A stretch of DNA of 63,371 nucleotides, counting the filler. It is 4 parts of 4 records of this genome, joined end to end, with 100 filler letters (N's around TTAATTAATTAA, not from the genome) between each part and the next. Parts side by side here need not be neighbours in the genome. Positions count along the whole stretch, not along the records: positions 15,442 to 35,256 come from SRR22947725_581; 3 more parts are not named here. One strand, given 5' to 3'. Of the stretch, positions 18,554 through 28,900 are shown piece by piece. The notes under the pieces were generated by a model. That model worked only from the letters and a program-made list of their open reading frames with translations. It was not told the DNA's origin and searched no databases. The position numbers were made by a program, and so were the translations under genes. How positions within the stretch are numbered: the first letter of the stretch is position 1; the number at the start of each line of letters is the position of its first letter.

Positions 18554-19939
18554 TTACTTAACTGACTTAATATGCTTATTTAATATACGACTAAGACTAT
18601 CAACTATAGGTTTGTTTGATTTTATTTCAGCGATATTATTCATCTGAAGTTCATCATTTTCTATATCATACAACATTCTGTCGATTAACTCTCCCTTTCT
18701 TTTCCATTCAGTGTAATAGTACTTATTTGAAATTAAAGTTTCACCATTTTTCCAATTCGAAAAAGCTATCTCACTGCTAACTTTATTAGGGTTTTTTAAA
18801 TTACTTACCAAGGACTTTCCTTGAACAAAATCAGGAGTTTCTATTTCTGCTAAATCACAAAATGTAGCATACAAATCGATTAATTCAACAAAGGATTCAC
18901 TAGTTTTGTTTTTTTTGTATTTGGGTGAACTAATAATCATTGGGATTTTTAGTTCGTATTGAAACAAGTTATGCTTTGTCCACCTTCCATGCTCTGAAAG
19001 ACTAAAGCCGTGATCACTAGTCAATACAACTGTAGTATTATTTCTTAAACCCTGACTCTTTAACTCATCTAAAATAAGTCCTATCTGTGCATCTATATAA
19101 CTTACACAGGCGTAATATGCGTGAATTAACTCTTTTGCTTTATCATCAGAAATAGCACCCTTTTCAGGAATATCAGTAAACTTTCTTAATTCGTAAAAAT
19201 AATTTGCATTTTGAGGAGCATTTGGAGGAAAAAAATTATTAAGAGGTAAAACAATATCATCTTTATCGTACAAGTCCCAGTATTTTTTTGGAGCTACAAA
19301 CGGTAAATGAGGTTTTTGAAACCCAACAGCGATAAAAAAAGGCTTATCACTTTGATTAATTGATTTTATATCTCTAATGGTCTTTTGAGCTACCTTTCCA
19401 TCTGAATAATCGTTATCATCGGTATATACAAATTCAGAAGCAGGACCAAAATTATTTTTTAAGTTTTTTATATTAATTGGATCTTTATAATCTTTAGGAT
19501 TATTTCTTGTCCCTCTAAAAATATCGTCCCAACCATAGGCTGCATCCCTTGCATGATGAGATATTTTCCCATTACTAATTGTCCTATACCCGTTGTTTTT
19601 AAGATGTGATGCAATAGTTAAAGAATTTGGAGCATCTTCGTTAATTTTTGTGTAGAAAGTAGTAAATCTATTTTTAGTTGGCCTTAAACCTGTAAGTAAA
19701 CTAGCTCTTGAAGCTCCACACACTGGATTATTTGTAAATGAATTTTTAAAAGTTACCCCACTTTTCTTTAGTTTATCAATGTTAGGGGTTAAAATTTGCA
19801 GTTGATTATCTGCCATGTCAAGGTCTCTAAGATCGTCAACAATAATAAAAATGATATTTTCTTTTTTGTTATCATTATTAGCATAAACTGACAAACAAAA
19901 AAATGGAATAATGATTATTAGTAATTTGTATAGTTTCAT
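18554..19939 (-). CDS. Sulfatase family S1 (iduronate-2-sulfatase-like, probably S1_7)
   Basis: IVDDLR, CGASRASLLTG (formylglycine motif), GKISH, GFQKPHLPF, SDHG, KH. Confidence 0.92.
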   Translation of the reverse strand: MKLYKLLIIIIPFFCLSVYANNDNKKENIIFIIVDDLRDLDMADNQLQILTPNIDKLKKSGVTFKNSFTNNPVCGASRASLLTGLRPTKNRFTTFYTKINEDAPNSLTIASHLKNNGYRTISNGKISHHARDAAYGWDDIFRGTRNNPKDYKDPINIKNLKNNFGPASEFVYTDDNDYSDGKVAQKTIRDIKSINQSDKPFFIAVGFQKPHLPFVAPKKYWDLYDKDDIVLPLNNFFPPNAPQNANYFYELRKFTDIPEKGAISDDKAKELIHAYYACVSYIDAQIGLILDELKSQGLRNNTTVVLTSDHGFSLSEHGRWTKHNLFQYELKIPMIISSPKYKKNKTSESFVELIDLYATFCDLAEIETPDFVQGKSLVSNLKNPNKVSSEIAFSNWKNGETLISNKYYYTEWKRKGELIDRMLYDIENDELQMNNIAEIKSNKPIVDSLSRILNKHIKSVK

Positions 19940-19947
19940 AAAAGTGT

Positions 19948-22284
19948 TTAATTATATAAGTTAATTTTATTTTCAATAGTTAACTCAACAGTTTTCAGGG
20001 ATTTGAAATGAGATGATGAGCCTGTCATAATCTTAAAAGTTCCAGGTTCCACAACATAATTCATGTCAATGTCATAAAAGGCTAAAGATTCGGGTGTAAT
20101 TTCAAAAACTACATTTTTTGTCTCACCAACCTTTAAATTAATCCTCTTATAACCTTTAAGTTCTTTAACAGGTCTGGTAGCAGAACTAACGTTATCTCTA
20201 ATGTAAAGTTGAACAACTTCATCTCCATCCATTTCACCAATATTAGTTACTGCAACTTCAACTTTAATATTAGAGTCATCGTCAAAGCTGGTATTTAAAA
20301 GTTTTGGATTAGAATATTTAAACTTTGTATAACTTAAACCATACCCAAATTCATAAAGTGGTTTGTTTTTTTCAAATGCATATTTATGAAAATATTGGGA
20401 AGGCTTATGATTATAAATCATTTGAAGTTGTCCAACGCTTCTTGGAACAGTTAAGGGTAATTTACCACTAGGATTAATATCTCCAAAAATAATTTCTGCA
20501 ACAGCCTTGCCTCCTAGATTTCCAGGCTCCCAAGCTTCTATAATGGATGGAATATTATTTTGGATCCAAGGCTCACTAATTGGTTTACCATTAACATACA
20601 CTACAATAACATTGTTATTAATTTCCTTTAAAGAACGTACTAGCTCTAATTGTTTTCCAGCTAAATTTAGTTCAGCTCTAGCCATATTTTCGCCCGCAGT
20701 TTTATCCTTCCATTTATACCTCATTGAATTATCTCCTACAACGACAATAACATAATCTGCATCTTTGGATGCATCTACAGTATTTTGAATATTTTTATTG
20801 GATATTTTTCTAATATTATCTCCAGAGTCAAAAAATGACACATCATATCCTTTTGATTCTCCTAAATCTTTTATTCCTTCAAAAATTGTAGTTACATTTT
20901 CATCTGGTTGTGCAGCATGCCAATCACCTAATATTGATTGATTATTTGCATTAGGTCCAGTAACTAAAATCTTTTTTGATTTTTTAACTTTATTTAGTGG
21001 TAATAAATTAGAGTTCTTTAACAATACAATCCCTTTTCTAGCAGTTTCTAATGCAGTAAACTTATGTTCAGGAGTAAAAATATTTTCAGGTATTTTTTCA
21101 ATATCAACAAATCTATTTTCAAATAATCCTAATTTAAATTTAGCCATCAAAATTTTTGAACATGCTTCGTTGACTCTAGAAATTGGAAGTGTTCCTTCTT
21201 TAACCAATTCAATTACTGCTTCAGGGAAATCAACACCATGCATGTGCATATCCATACCTGCATTAACTGCTAAGTAAGATGCTTCTTTTAAACTACTGGC
21301 CACATGATGTAAAGTTTCTATCCTTTCAATATCCATCCAGTCGCTTACATAAAATCCCTTAAAACCCCAATCTTTACGAAATAAATCAGTCATTAACCAA
21401 CTACTCATATGACAAGGAACTCCATTTAGTTCATTATGTGCTGCCATGATAGAATACACACCAGCGTCAATTGCCTTTTTGTAAGGAGGTAAATAAACTT
21501 CTTTTAAAGTACGCATCGAAACATCCATTGGTGATGCATTTAAACCATTAATTGGTTCACTTCCGGCAATCATATGTTTAGCACACGCTATAACTTTATT
21601 TGTGCCAGTAAAATCATTTAGCTGAAAACCATTAATCATTGAAGCTCCTAAATTTCCAACCATAAATGGATCTTCTCCAAAAGTTTCACCTACTCTACCC
21701 CATCTGGGGTCTCTTAACACATCAATGTTAGGAGTAAATGCCCAATGAGAGCCAGTAGCTCTCATTTCAAGAGCTGTTTGCCTTCCTACATCAAAAAGAA
21801 AGTCATCACTCCATGTTGATGCTAGGGTAATTGGGGATGGATATACAGTAGCACCACTAAAAAGTGCATTTCCATGTATAGCATCGATTCCTATTAAAAT
21901 AGGTATTTTTAATCTTGATTCATTAGCAAGTTCTTGTAATAAATTTCCTTCCTCAGCAGTTAAAACATGTAAAAAAGAACCAATTTTACCCTCCTGAGTC
22001 ATTTTCATAACATCATTACTAAATACACCTTTATAAAAACCTTGAGCATCATTGTTTACCAAATCTTCAGGTGATAAATCTTTTTCAGCTTTTCTCATAT
22101 GATCAAGTCCAACAAATTGATTCATTTGATAAACCTTATCTTCTAGGGTCATCCTAGACATTAAATCATTTAATCGATCAATATGGGATTTCGAACTATC
22201 TAAATACAATTTATAAGAAGAATCTTCTTGAGCTGAAATATAAAAGACAGTAAGAAAAGTAATAAGAAATAATTTTAATCTCAT
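19948..22284 (-). CDS. GH3 beta-glucosidase/beta-xylosidase with Fn3-like C-terminus
   Basis: DAIHG, RDPRWGRVGETFGEDP, CAKHM, VSDW (nucleophile), FGYGLSYT, RPVKELKGY. Confidence 0.95.
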   Translation of the reverse strand: MRLKLFLITFLTVFYISAQEDSSYKLYLDSSKSHIDRLNDLMSRMTLEDKVYQMNQFVGLDHMRKAEKDLSPEDLVNNDAQGFYKGVFSNDVMKMTQEGKIGSFLHVLTAEEGNLLQELANESRLKIPILIGIDAIHGNALFSGATVYPSPITLASTWSDDFLFDVGRQTALEMRATGSHWAFTPNIDVLRDPRWGRVGETFGEDPFMVGNLGASMINGFQLNDFTGTNKVIACAKHMIAGSEPINGLNASPMDVSMRTLKEVYLPPYKKAIDAGVYSIMAAHNELNGVPCHMSSWLMTDLFRKDWGFKGFYVSDWMDIERIETLHHVASSLKEASYLAVNAGMDMHMHGVDFPEAVIELVKEGTLPISRVNEACSKILMAKFKLGLFENRFVDIEKIPENIFTPEHKFTALETARKGIVLLKNSNLLPLNKVKKSKKILVTGPNANNQSILGDWHAAQPDENVTTIFEGIKDLGESKGYDVSFFDSGDNIRKISNKNIQNTVDASKDADYVIVVVGDNSMRYKWKDKTAGENMARAELNLAGKQLELVRSLKEINNNVIVVYVNGKPISEPWIQNNIPSIIEAWEPGNLGGKAVAEIIFGDINPSGKLPLTVPRSVGQLQMIYNHKPSQYFHKYAFEKNKPLYEFGYGLSYTKFKYSNPKLLNTSFDDDSNIKVEVAVTNIGEMDGDEVVQLYIRDNVSSATRPVKELKGYKRINLKVGETKNVVFEITPESLAFYDIDMNYVVEPGTFKIMTGSSSHFKSLKTVELTIENKINLYN

Positions 22285-22289
22285 TTTAT

Positions 22290-23330
22290 TTATTTTAAAA
22301 TATTATTTAATAATTCATAACTCGGATTAGGCTTTAATTCTTTTGAGTAAATAGATTGAAAATAACCTTTTCCTTTTTTATATCGCTCACCCATGTCCCA
22401 AAAATTTAGTGTAACAAGACCATTTTTAGATTTCTCTTCAAGTAAATTAATTATTCTAGAGTATATCATTTTTTGTTCTGACAAATGATAACTTAAATTA
22501 GATTTGTCCTTTACAAAATAATCTAATTCAGTTACATGAAAGTCTAAGTCATTTTCATGGGCCCAATCAATTAAATTTGAAAGATCCTCAATTCCCTTGT
22601 CTAAATCATTTACAATACCATATGTTGATTTACTGAGAAGCAAATGTCCTTGCCACCCTATACCATCAACTCTATAGCCTTTAGATCTAATATATTTTAC
22701 GCTCTTTTTTAGTTTATCCCAAAGACGGGGTTGAAAACCTGCATTTTGATTAAAAACTAAACTTATATTAGGGGCAAGTTTTGTAGCAATTTCAAATGAC
22801 TTTAATATATATATAGGAAATTCATTTTCATCCAAACCAATTTTTAACCATGGATTTTCCCATTTATTATTTCCAAGTTTAGGTCCATGCCATTTTCCAC
22901 TTGGTAAGATAGTTTCATTAACAACATCCATCCACTTGACAGATGGTTCTTTTGAGAATTTAATACAAGATTCTGTAATAAATTCAACCAAATTTAACAT
23001 TAACTCATCACTAGTTCTTAAATCGTCTTTAGCCCATTTAGAAGATTGTGGTCCAATAGGTCCATGAATACGTAAGTCTAAATTATGAAGTTTAGCAAAA
23101 TCTATCATTTGATCAATTTTAGTCCAGTTCCATGTATTAGGTTTTGGGTGGACTACAGTCTGTTTTGCAGCATTAGCAGGTGTTAGGTAAGTAAAATCTT
23201 TCAAAAACAAATCAGATTTTTGAGTGTTTAACTCATTGAAATTTAAAGTAGCTCCAACTATAAAATTATTTTCTTGAGAACTAATTGAAAAAGAAAAAAA
23301 TATAAAGAATATAATTATTTGATTTTTCAT
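22290..23330 (-). CDS. GH10 endo-xylanase-like glycoside hydrolase (divergent)
   Basis: WMDVVNE (acid/base), GIGWQGH, FHVTELD (nucleophile); signal peptide. Confidence 0.85.
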   Translation of the reverse strand: MKNQIIIFFIFFSFSISSQENNFIVGATLNFNELNTQKSDLFLKDFTYLTPANAAKQTVVHPKPNTWNWTKIDQMIDFAKLHNLDLRIHGPIGPQSSKWAKDDLRTSDELMLNLVEFITESCIKFSKEPSVKWMDVVNETILPSGKWHGPKLGNNKWENPWLKIGLDENEFPIYILKSFEIATKLAPNISLVFNQNAGFQPRLWDKLKKSVKYIRSKGYRVDGIGWQGHLLLSKSTYGIVNDLDKGIEDLSNLIDWAHENDLDFHVTELDYFVKDKSNLSYHLSEQKMIYSRIINLLEEKSKNGLVTLNFWDMGERYKKGKGYFQSIYSKELKPNPSYELLNNILK

Positions 23331-23455
23331 ACTTATAAATATAAAACAATCTAAGAATGAAATTTACTTGAATAGTAAAATATTTGGGGAATTTAATATC
23401 AATATTGAGGATAAATCAAACAGTATGAAAAATAAGTAAATAGTCTTATTATTGT

Positions 23456-24220
23456 TTAAAGAAATAATTTTCTTAGTCCTACAAAAACAATTATAAAAAC
23501 AGAGTAAAAAATAAAAAAAGGAATTACATACAAGTCAAAATTAAACACTAACATAATAGCCATTATTAGCAACTGAAATCCAAGGCCATATAAAGAGACT
23601 AATGTCATAAACCACTTTGGAAATGGCTTACATTTACTTGCGTCTTTGTCCATAAAATACATGATTTTATCAAAGGTAATGTATAATACATCATAAATAT
23701 TATAGAATATATTAACCATCTTTTGACTTTCTCCCTTGAGAGCTATTGGAGCGGAATCCTCGACTATACGGCTAGTTGAATCTCCATCAACAGAATTTCT
23801 TAGAATAACATAATAATAATTAAAAACAGTCCCTTGAAGTTGAATACAAAAAAAAGCAATAAACATATAGATTATGGAAATTTCAGAGAGATACCAAAAA
23901 GTGAATAAAAAACAGAAATTAAGTAAAAAATCTGCAATTGAGTCATAAAAACGGCCTACATAAGATGGAGATTTTTTTAGTCTTGATAACTCACCATCAG
24001 CTGCATCTAAAATGGATTTTAAAATAATAAAAAATGCAGCCATAATATAATATTCGTTAAGCATAAAAGCTATTGCTAAGAGTCCAGAAATTACAAACAT
24101 GGAAGTTACATGAATTGCGGTAAATTTTGTGTATTGAAGCTTACTAGCAATCCAGTGACCTAAGGAGCGACCATAGTCAGAAAAATCTAAAAATTGATAC
24201 TTTACAGGAAGTTTTGCCAT
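23456..24220 (-). CDS. CDP-alcohol phosphatidyltransferase family protein
   Basis: LDAADGELSR-x5-YVGRFYDSIAD matches the DxxDGxxAR...GxxxDxxxD signature; multi-TM. Confidence 0.88.
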   Translation of the reverse strand: MAKLPVKYQFLDFSDYGRSLGHWIASKLQYTKFTAIHVTSMFVISGLLAIAFMLNEYYIMAAFFIILKSILDAADGELSRLKKSPSYVGRFYDSIADFLLNFCFLFTFWYLSEISIIYMFIAFFCIQLQGTVFNYYYVILRNSVDGDSTSRIVEDSAPIALKGESQKMVNIFYNIYDVLYITFDKIMYFMDKDASKCKPFPKWFMTLVSLYGLGFQLLIMAIMLVFNFDLYVIPFFIFYSVFIIVFVGLRKLFL

Positions 24221-24256
24221 AATTGTTTACTACAAATAGTTTGTGATTAAACGTGG

Positions 24257-24264
24257 CAAAAATA
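24257..24264 (-). promoter_or_regulatory. Bacteroidota -7 element (TATTTTTG) for the CDP-alcohol phosphotransferase gene
   Basis: TAnnTTTG followed by CC, just downstream of the susD terminator. Confidence 0.55.
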
Positions 24265-24284
24265 CAATCATTTTTCATTACAAT

Positions 24285-24316
24285 AAAAAAAAAAGGGACC
24301 TATATAAGTCCCTTTT
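24285..24316 (-). terminator. Intrinsic terminator after susD
   Basis: Minus strand AAAAGGGAC-TTATATAG-GTCCC-T10: hairpin plus U-tract. Confidence 0.85.
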
Positions 24317-24339
24317 AGTAGTTTATTGTAAAAATCTAA

Positions 24340-25860
24340 TTAATCTTCAATTAATATATTGGTATTAATTTCTGTTAGAGGAATTGGTAACTTCATGACC
24401 TGATTTGGATCAGTACTTAAAGTCAAATCTACGTTGGGTGAAAATATTGGATTATTATTATGTTTGTTTATGGTATTTGTCAAAAAATAATCAAATCCTC
24501 TTCTTCTATTATTATGAGCATCTTCACCTTCTCCAATAAGTTCATATCTATATTCATTCATAATGGCATCTCTAAAAGAACTTTGCCCTCCAAGATAAGC
24601 ATCGTTTGACATACCAACACGATCTAAAACTTCAGTTACATAGCCTAATTGTTGATCATTTTGTAACTCATTAGAAATCTCTGCTAACATAAGTAAAAGA
24701 TCTGCATATCTGTAAATAATTAAATTTTGATCTCCAAATTGATTACTATGTTGTGTGTCTTTTTCCACAAACTTAAATAAGAATGGATGTCCTTTAGTAA
24801 AAGGGGTTCTATTTGTAATTGCAGGATAATGTTGGATAAGATTTCCGTTATCCGCTCTATTATATTCATAGATGTAAGAGCCATCAATTCTTGGGTCATC
24901 TGGATATGTAGCCATATGGTCTAACAAAACATCTGCACTAACCTGTAACCAACCGAAATGTTGACCTAATTTATACTTAAAAGGGGTGAAATTTCTACCC
25001 ATTTGAGAATTCGCTGCATCTTGAGCTAATTGTAATTCAAAGATTGATTCCGTAGAGTTTTCAAATTCATCTGTAAACAAAGAACTATAATCAGCAACTA
25101 AACTGTATTGACCATATGCTAAAATAGCTTCATCATAAGCCATTTGCCAATATTGAGCTTCAGAAATTCCATCAGCTCTTAAACTAGGATTTGTAGCCAA
25201 TGTCATGTAAACTTTAGCTAACAACATATTTGCAGCATATTGTTTTGGATAACCTGCACCAGTATTTCCATTAATTAGACCAGCAGCCATTTGAGCATCT
25301 AAAATAATTTGAGCATATACATCTTTTGCTAAAGTTTTTGGCTTGGCTAAATTATCACTATCTGGAAGTTCTAACCAAAGAGGGATATCTTCCCACAAAC
25401 GTACTAGATTTAAATACGACCAAGCTCTTACAAAATAAGCTTGTCCTGCAATATCATTAAACCCTAATTCTGATGCTTCAGTAGGTGAATCATAAGTTGT
25501 GATATTAGCTATAGCTCCATTACACCTACCAATTGCAGCATACATACCTTGCCACATATTCTGTGAATCTATGTCATAAGTAGGTTTTAAAGAGAAAAGA
25601 TTAATATTGTTTACATTATTATTATTGTTTCCATTCTTTTTTGTTACAAATAAACCTGAAAAACCATTAAGAACAAAAATACGTTGCTCCATAGCCATAT
25701 ATGAACTTAATTGTTGGTATATCCCATCTAAAGCACCCCTAGCAACTTGAAGGTCTGCATATGTAGCTTCTGCATCTAGAAATATTGGATCTTCTTCTAA
25801 ATCACATGTGTAGAAAGTCAATCCAATAAACGTTAATAATATAATTTTTAAATTTTTCAT
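24340..25860 (-). CDS. susD: SusD/RagB family glycan-binding lipoprotein
   Basis: Lipoprotein signal (FYTC), GQAYFVRAWSY, LLAKVYMT, ESIFE, YRYADLLLMLAE, EYRYELIGEG, PIPLTEI. Confidence 0.93.
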   Translation of the reverse strand: MKNLKIILLTFIGLTFYTCDLEEDPIFLDAEATYADLQVARGALDGIYQQLSSYMAMEQRIFVLNGFSGLFVTKKNGNNNNNVNNINLFSLKPTYDIDSQNMWQGMYAAIGRCNGAIANITTYDSPTEASELGFNDIAGQAYFVRAWSYLNLVRLWEDIPLWLELPDSDNLAKPKTLAKDVYAQIILDAQMAAGLINGNTGAGYPKQYAANMLLAKVYMTLATNPSLRADGISEAQYWQMAYDEAILAYGQYSLVADYSSLFTDEFENSTESIFELQLAQDAANSQMGRNFTPFKYKLGQHFGWLQVSADVLLDHMATYPDDPRIDGSYIYEYNRADNGNLIQHYPAITNRTPFTKGHPFLFKFVEKDTQHSNQFGDQNLIIYRYADLLLMLAEISNELQNDQQLGYVTEVLDRVGMSNDAYLGGQSSFRDAIMNEYRYELIGEGEDAHNNRRRGFDYFLTNTINKHNNNPIFSPNVDLTLSTDPNQVMKLPIPLTEINTNILIED

Positions 25861-25916
25861 AATTTTTAATTTTTAATACTTGTACTTTTTATTTTATTTT
25901 ATTTCTAATTTCTAAT

Positions 25917-28900
25917 TTAAAATTTAATGTTAACACCCATCAAAACATTTCTAGCATTAATACCGCTATTCCAATCAACTCCATTGATCAAACCTGTGTA
26001 TAAGAATGTAGAAACTTCAGGATCATAACCACTGTAATTAGTCCAGGTAAATAAATTTTGACCAGCTATGTAAACATTTAAGTTATTTATAAATTTATTT
26101 TCACTTACTGGAATATCATATCCAATAGTCAAATTATTTAATCTTAAATAACTTCCGTCTTCAATTATTCGATCGGTTATAGCTATTTGTCCCTCAGTTC
26201 TGTATCCAATTCTTGGATGTGTATTAGACGGACTATCTGGTCTCCAAGCGTTATAATAGGCACGAGGCATAATATTAGCAAATTCTCTACCCTCTGCATT
26301 ATCTAGTTGTAATAACATTCCATTGGCTATATCATTTCCGTAAACTCCATTAAATAAAGCACTTATATTCCATCCTTTATATCTTAAATTAAAATTGAAT
26401 CCATACACATAATCAGGATTTGGATTTCCAATAAATGTTCTATCCTTTTCATCGATTATTCCATCTCCAGAATCTAAAATACCATCTCCATCTGTATCTT
26501 CGGTCAATTGATCAACTCTTCTAACATCTCCAGCGACAGCACCTTCAACGAGATCAGTATCCTCTGTTTGGTATATTCCATCAGTCTCAAATCCGTAAAA
26601 AAGACTAGACTCTTCTCCTTCAACAAATACGTTCGCAGGATATCTGAAATATTGGCCTCTACTAATTGAATTTCCAAAATAGAATCTTCTATCGGTTAAA
26701 ACACCGTTTTCATAAAAGCCTAGTAAAGGTTGTGATTCTAGATTTACAATTTGAGTCTTATTAAATGAAATATTTCCACCAAAACTAAGTTCAACATCAT
26801 CTGTTGATATAGGTGTAATATTGAGTGCTAGTTCAACTCCTTTGTTCGTTATATTTCCTTTATTTACCAAAATACGTGTAAATCCAGATGAAGGAGGGAT
26901 TTCAGAGTTTTGCAACAAATCTTTAGTCATTTTGTCATAAACATCAATATTTCCCGAAACAACTCCATTTAATGTAGTAAAGTCCACACCAAAATTTGAT
27001 TGTTCAGTTGTTTCCCATGTTAAATCTGGATTAGATAAGTTTTGTAGTGCTATTGGAACATTTGTACCTCCGTCTGCATTTCCGTACAGATTAGATACTC
27101 CATAATTAGATAAAGATCCATAAGGACCAATACCATGATTACCTATTTGTCCCCATCCTGCTCTAAATTTTAAACTTTCAAAAATATCTAAATTCTGAAT
27201 AAACCTTTCATTTCCAGCATTCCAAGCAAAAGCTATAGACGGGAATACACCATATTGATTGTTATCGGCAAACTTTGAAATTCCATCACGTCTAACAGTT
27301 GCTGTTAAAATATACTTATTATCAAAGGTGTAATTAACACGACCTAACATAGAAAATATCTGCTGATCAGCTTTTACATATGTTAATGGTCTAGTTACAA
27401 CATTTCCATAAGCTGGTTGATTGGTTGTAAATTGCATAGTAAGAAAATCTTCAACAGCATAAATACTATTTTCTACATCTCTAACATCATAAGTTAAACC
27501 AACCATTGCATTAACTCTATGTCTTCTGTTAAACTTTCTATTGAATCTAACTATATTATTGAACTGATGTGTTTTAGCGTTTATAGTACTTATTTGTAAT
27601 GTTCCATTGGAGTTTAAACCTTGGAAAGTACTGAGTCCATAAAATCGTCTTCTATCCTTTGTTCTAATATTACCTCCATATTTAATTTCATAGCTTAATC
27701 CCTTAACTGGAAGCTTGTAAGTAAGACCTACAGAACCTATAAAACGTACTTCTTTAGAAATATCAGAAAAGTCTTTTTGCCAAGCAAATGGATTCGTAGT
27801 AAAATTACCTTCTGAATAAACATCGTCTAAATCATGGTCGATAATTGGTCTATATGAAATTACGTTTCTTACAAAACTTGTATTAGCACCCCCCAATAAA
27901 TCTCCACCTTCAGCGAAGTTTCCACTATTCATAAAACCACTAATACGTGCTTGTAATTTTAGATTTTCGTTAAGATTTTGGTTTAAATTAATTCTAATAT
28001 CACTGCTTTTAAATGTAGAAGTTCTAACGACACCTTGCTGATTATCAAAACCTGCAGAAATGTAATAATTACCATTTTCTCCACCACCAGATGCGGAGGC
28101 TCCAAATTTCTGACTAAAACCATCTCCATAAATTTCATCTTGCCAGTTGTATAAATCGGTAGGTCTTACGGGTCCTTGTCCTTCTCGTCCTATAAAAATA
28201 CTATCGCCTGAGAAAGAGTATCTAGGTAGAAAACCATTTATTCCATCTAATTCATTTATATACTCTGCAAAACCAAATGCACCCAATACATCAATTTTAT
28301 TAGTTGCTGATCTCACTGAATTGGTAAGAAAAGCACTTATTTTAGCTTTCCCGCTAGTTCCTTTTTTAGTAGTAATTAAAACAACTCCATTAGCACCTCT
28401 TGATCCATATATAGCAGTTGCTGATGCATCTTTAAGAACTTGAATACTTTCTATATCACGTGGATTAATACCATTTAAACCATTTTGAGTCTGTTGACCA
28501 GTGTTACCCCCTCCTGTTGGGAGAACATCTTCACCTGCAGAAGAAATAATAATACCATCTATTACATATAGAGGTTCATTATTTCCTCTCAAACTATTAG
28601 TACCTCTAATTTTAACACTAATTCCAGAACCTGGAGCAGCACTGTTTTGTATAACTTGTACTCCTGATGCTCGACCTTGTAAAAGTTGATCCACAGAATT
28701 TGATTGGGTTGCCACCTCATCATTAACTGAAACTGATGATATAGAACCTGAGATATCTTTCTTTAAAACAGTTCCATATCCAATAACAACTACTTCTTCA
28801 AGTTCGTCAGTATCAACTTGCATATTTAACGAAAATGTTGATTGTTCAGAGACATCTACTTCTTCAGTTGCATATCCGACATAGGATAAAACTAGTGATT

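Noticed and set aside
10324-19939. Functional link between the sulfotransferase cluster and the sulfatase PUL
   Set aside because: They are on different contigs joined artificially and may come from different genomes.
25605-25635. Asn run (NGNNNNNVNNIN) in SusD as a phase-variable repeat
   Set aside because: Short, imperfect and in-frame trinucleotide tract; length changes would not switch the frame.
26440-26520. DTDGDG...DGIIDEKD acidic loop in SusC
   Set aside because: Dx[DN]xDG calcium-binding-like loops are routine in SusC proteins.
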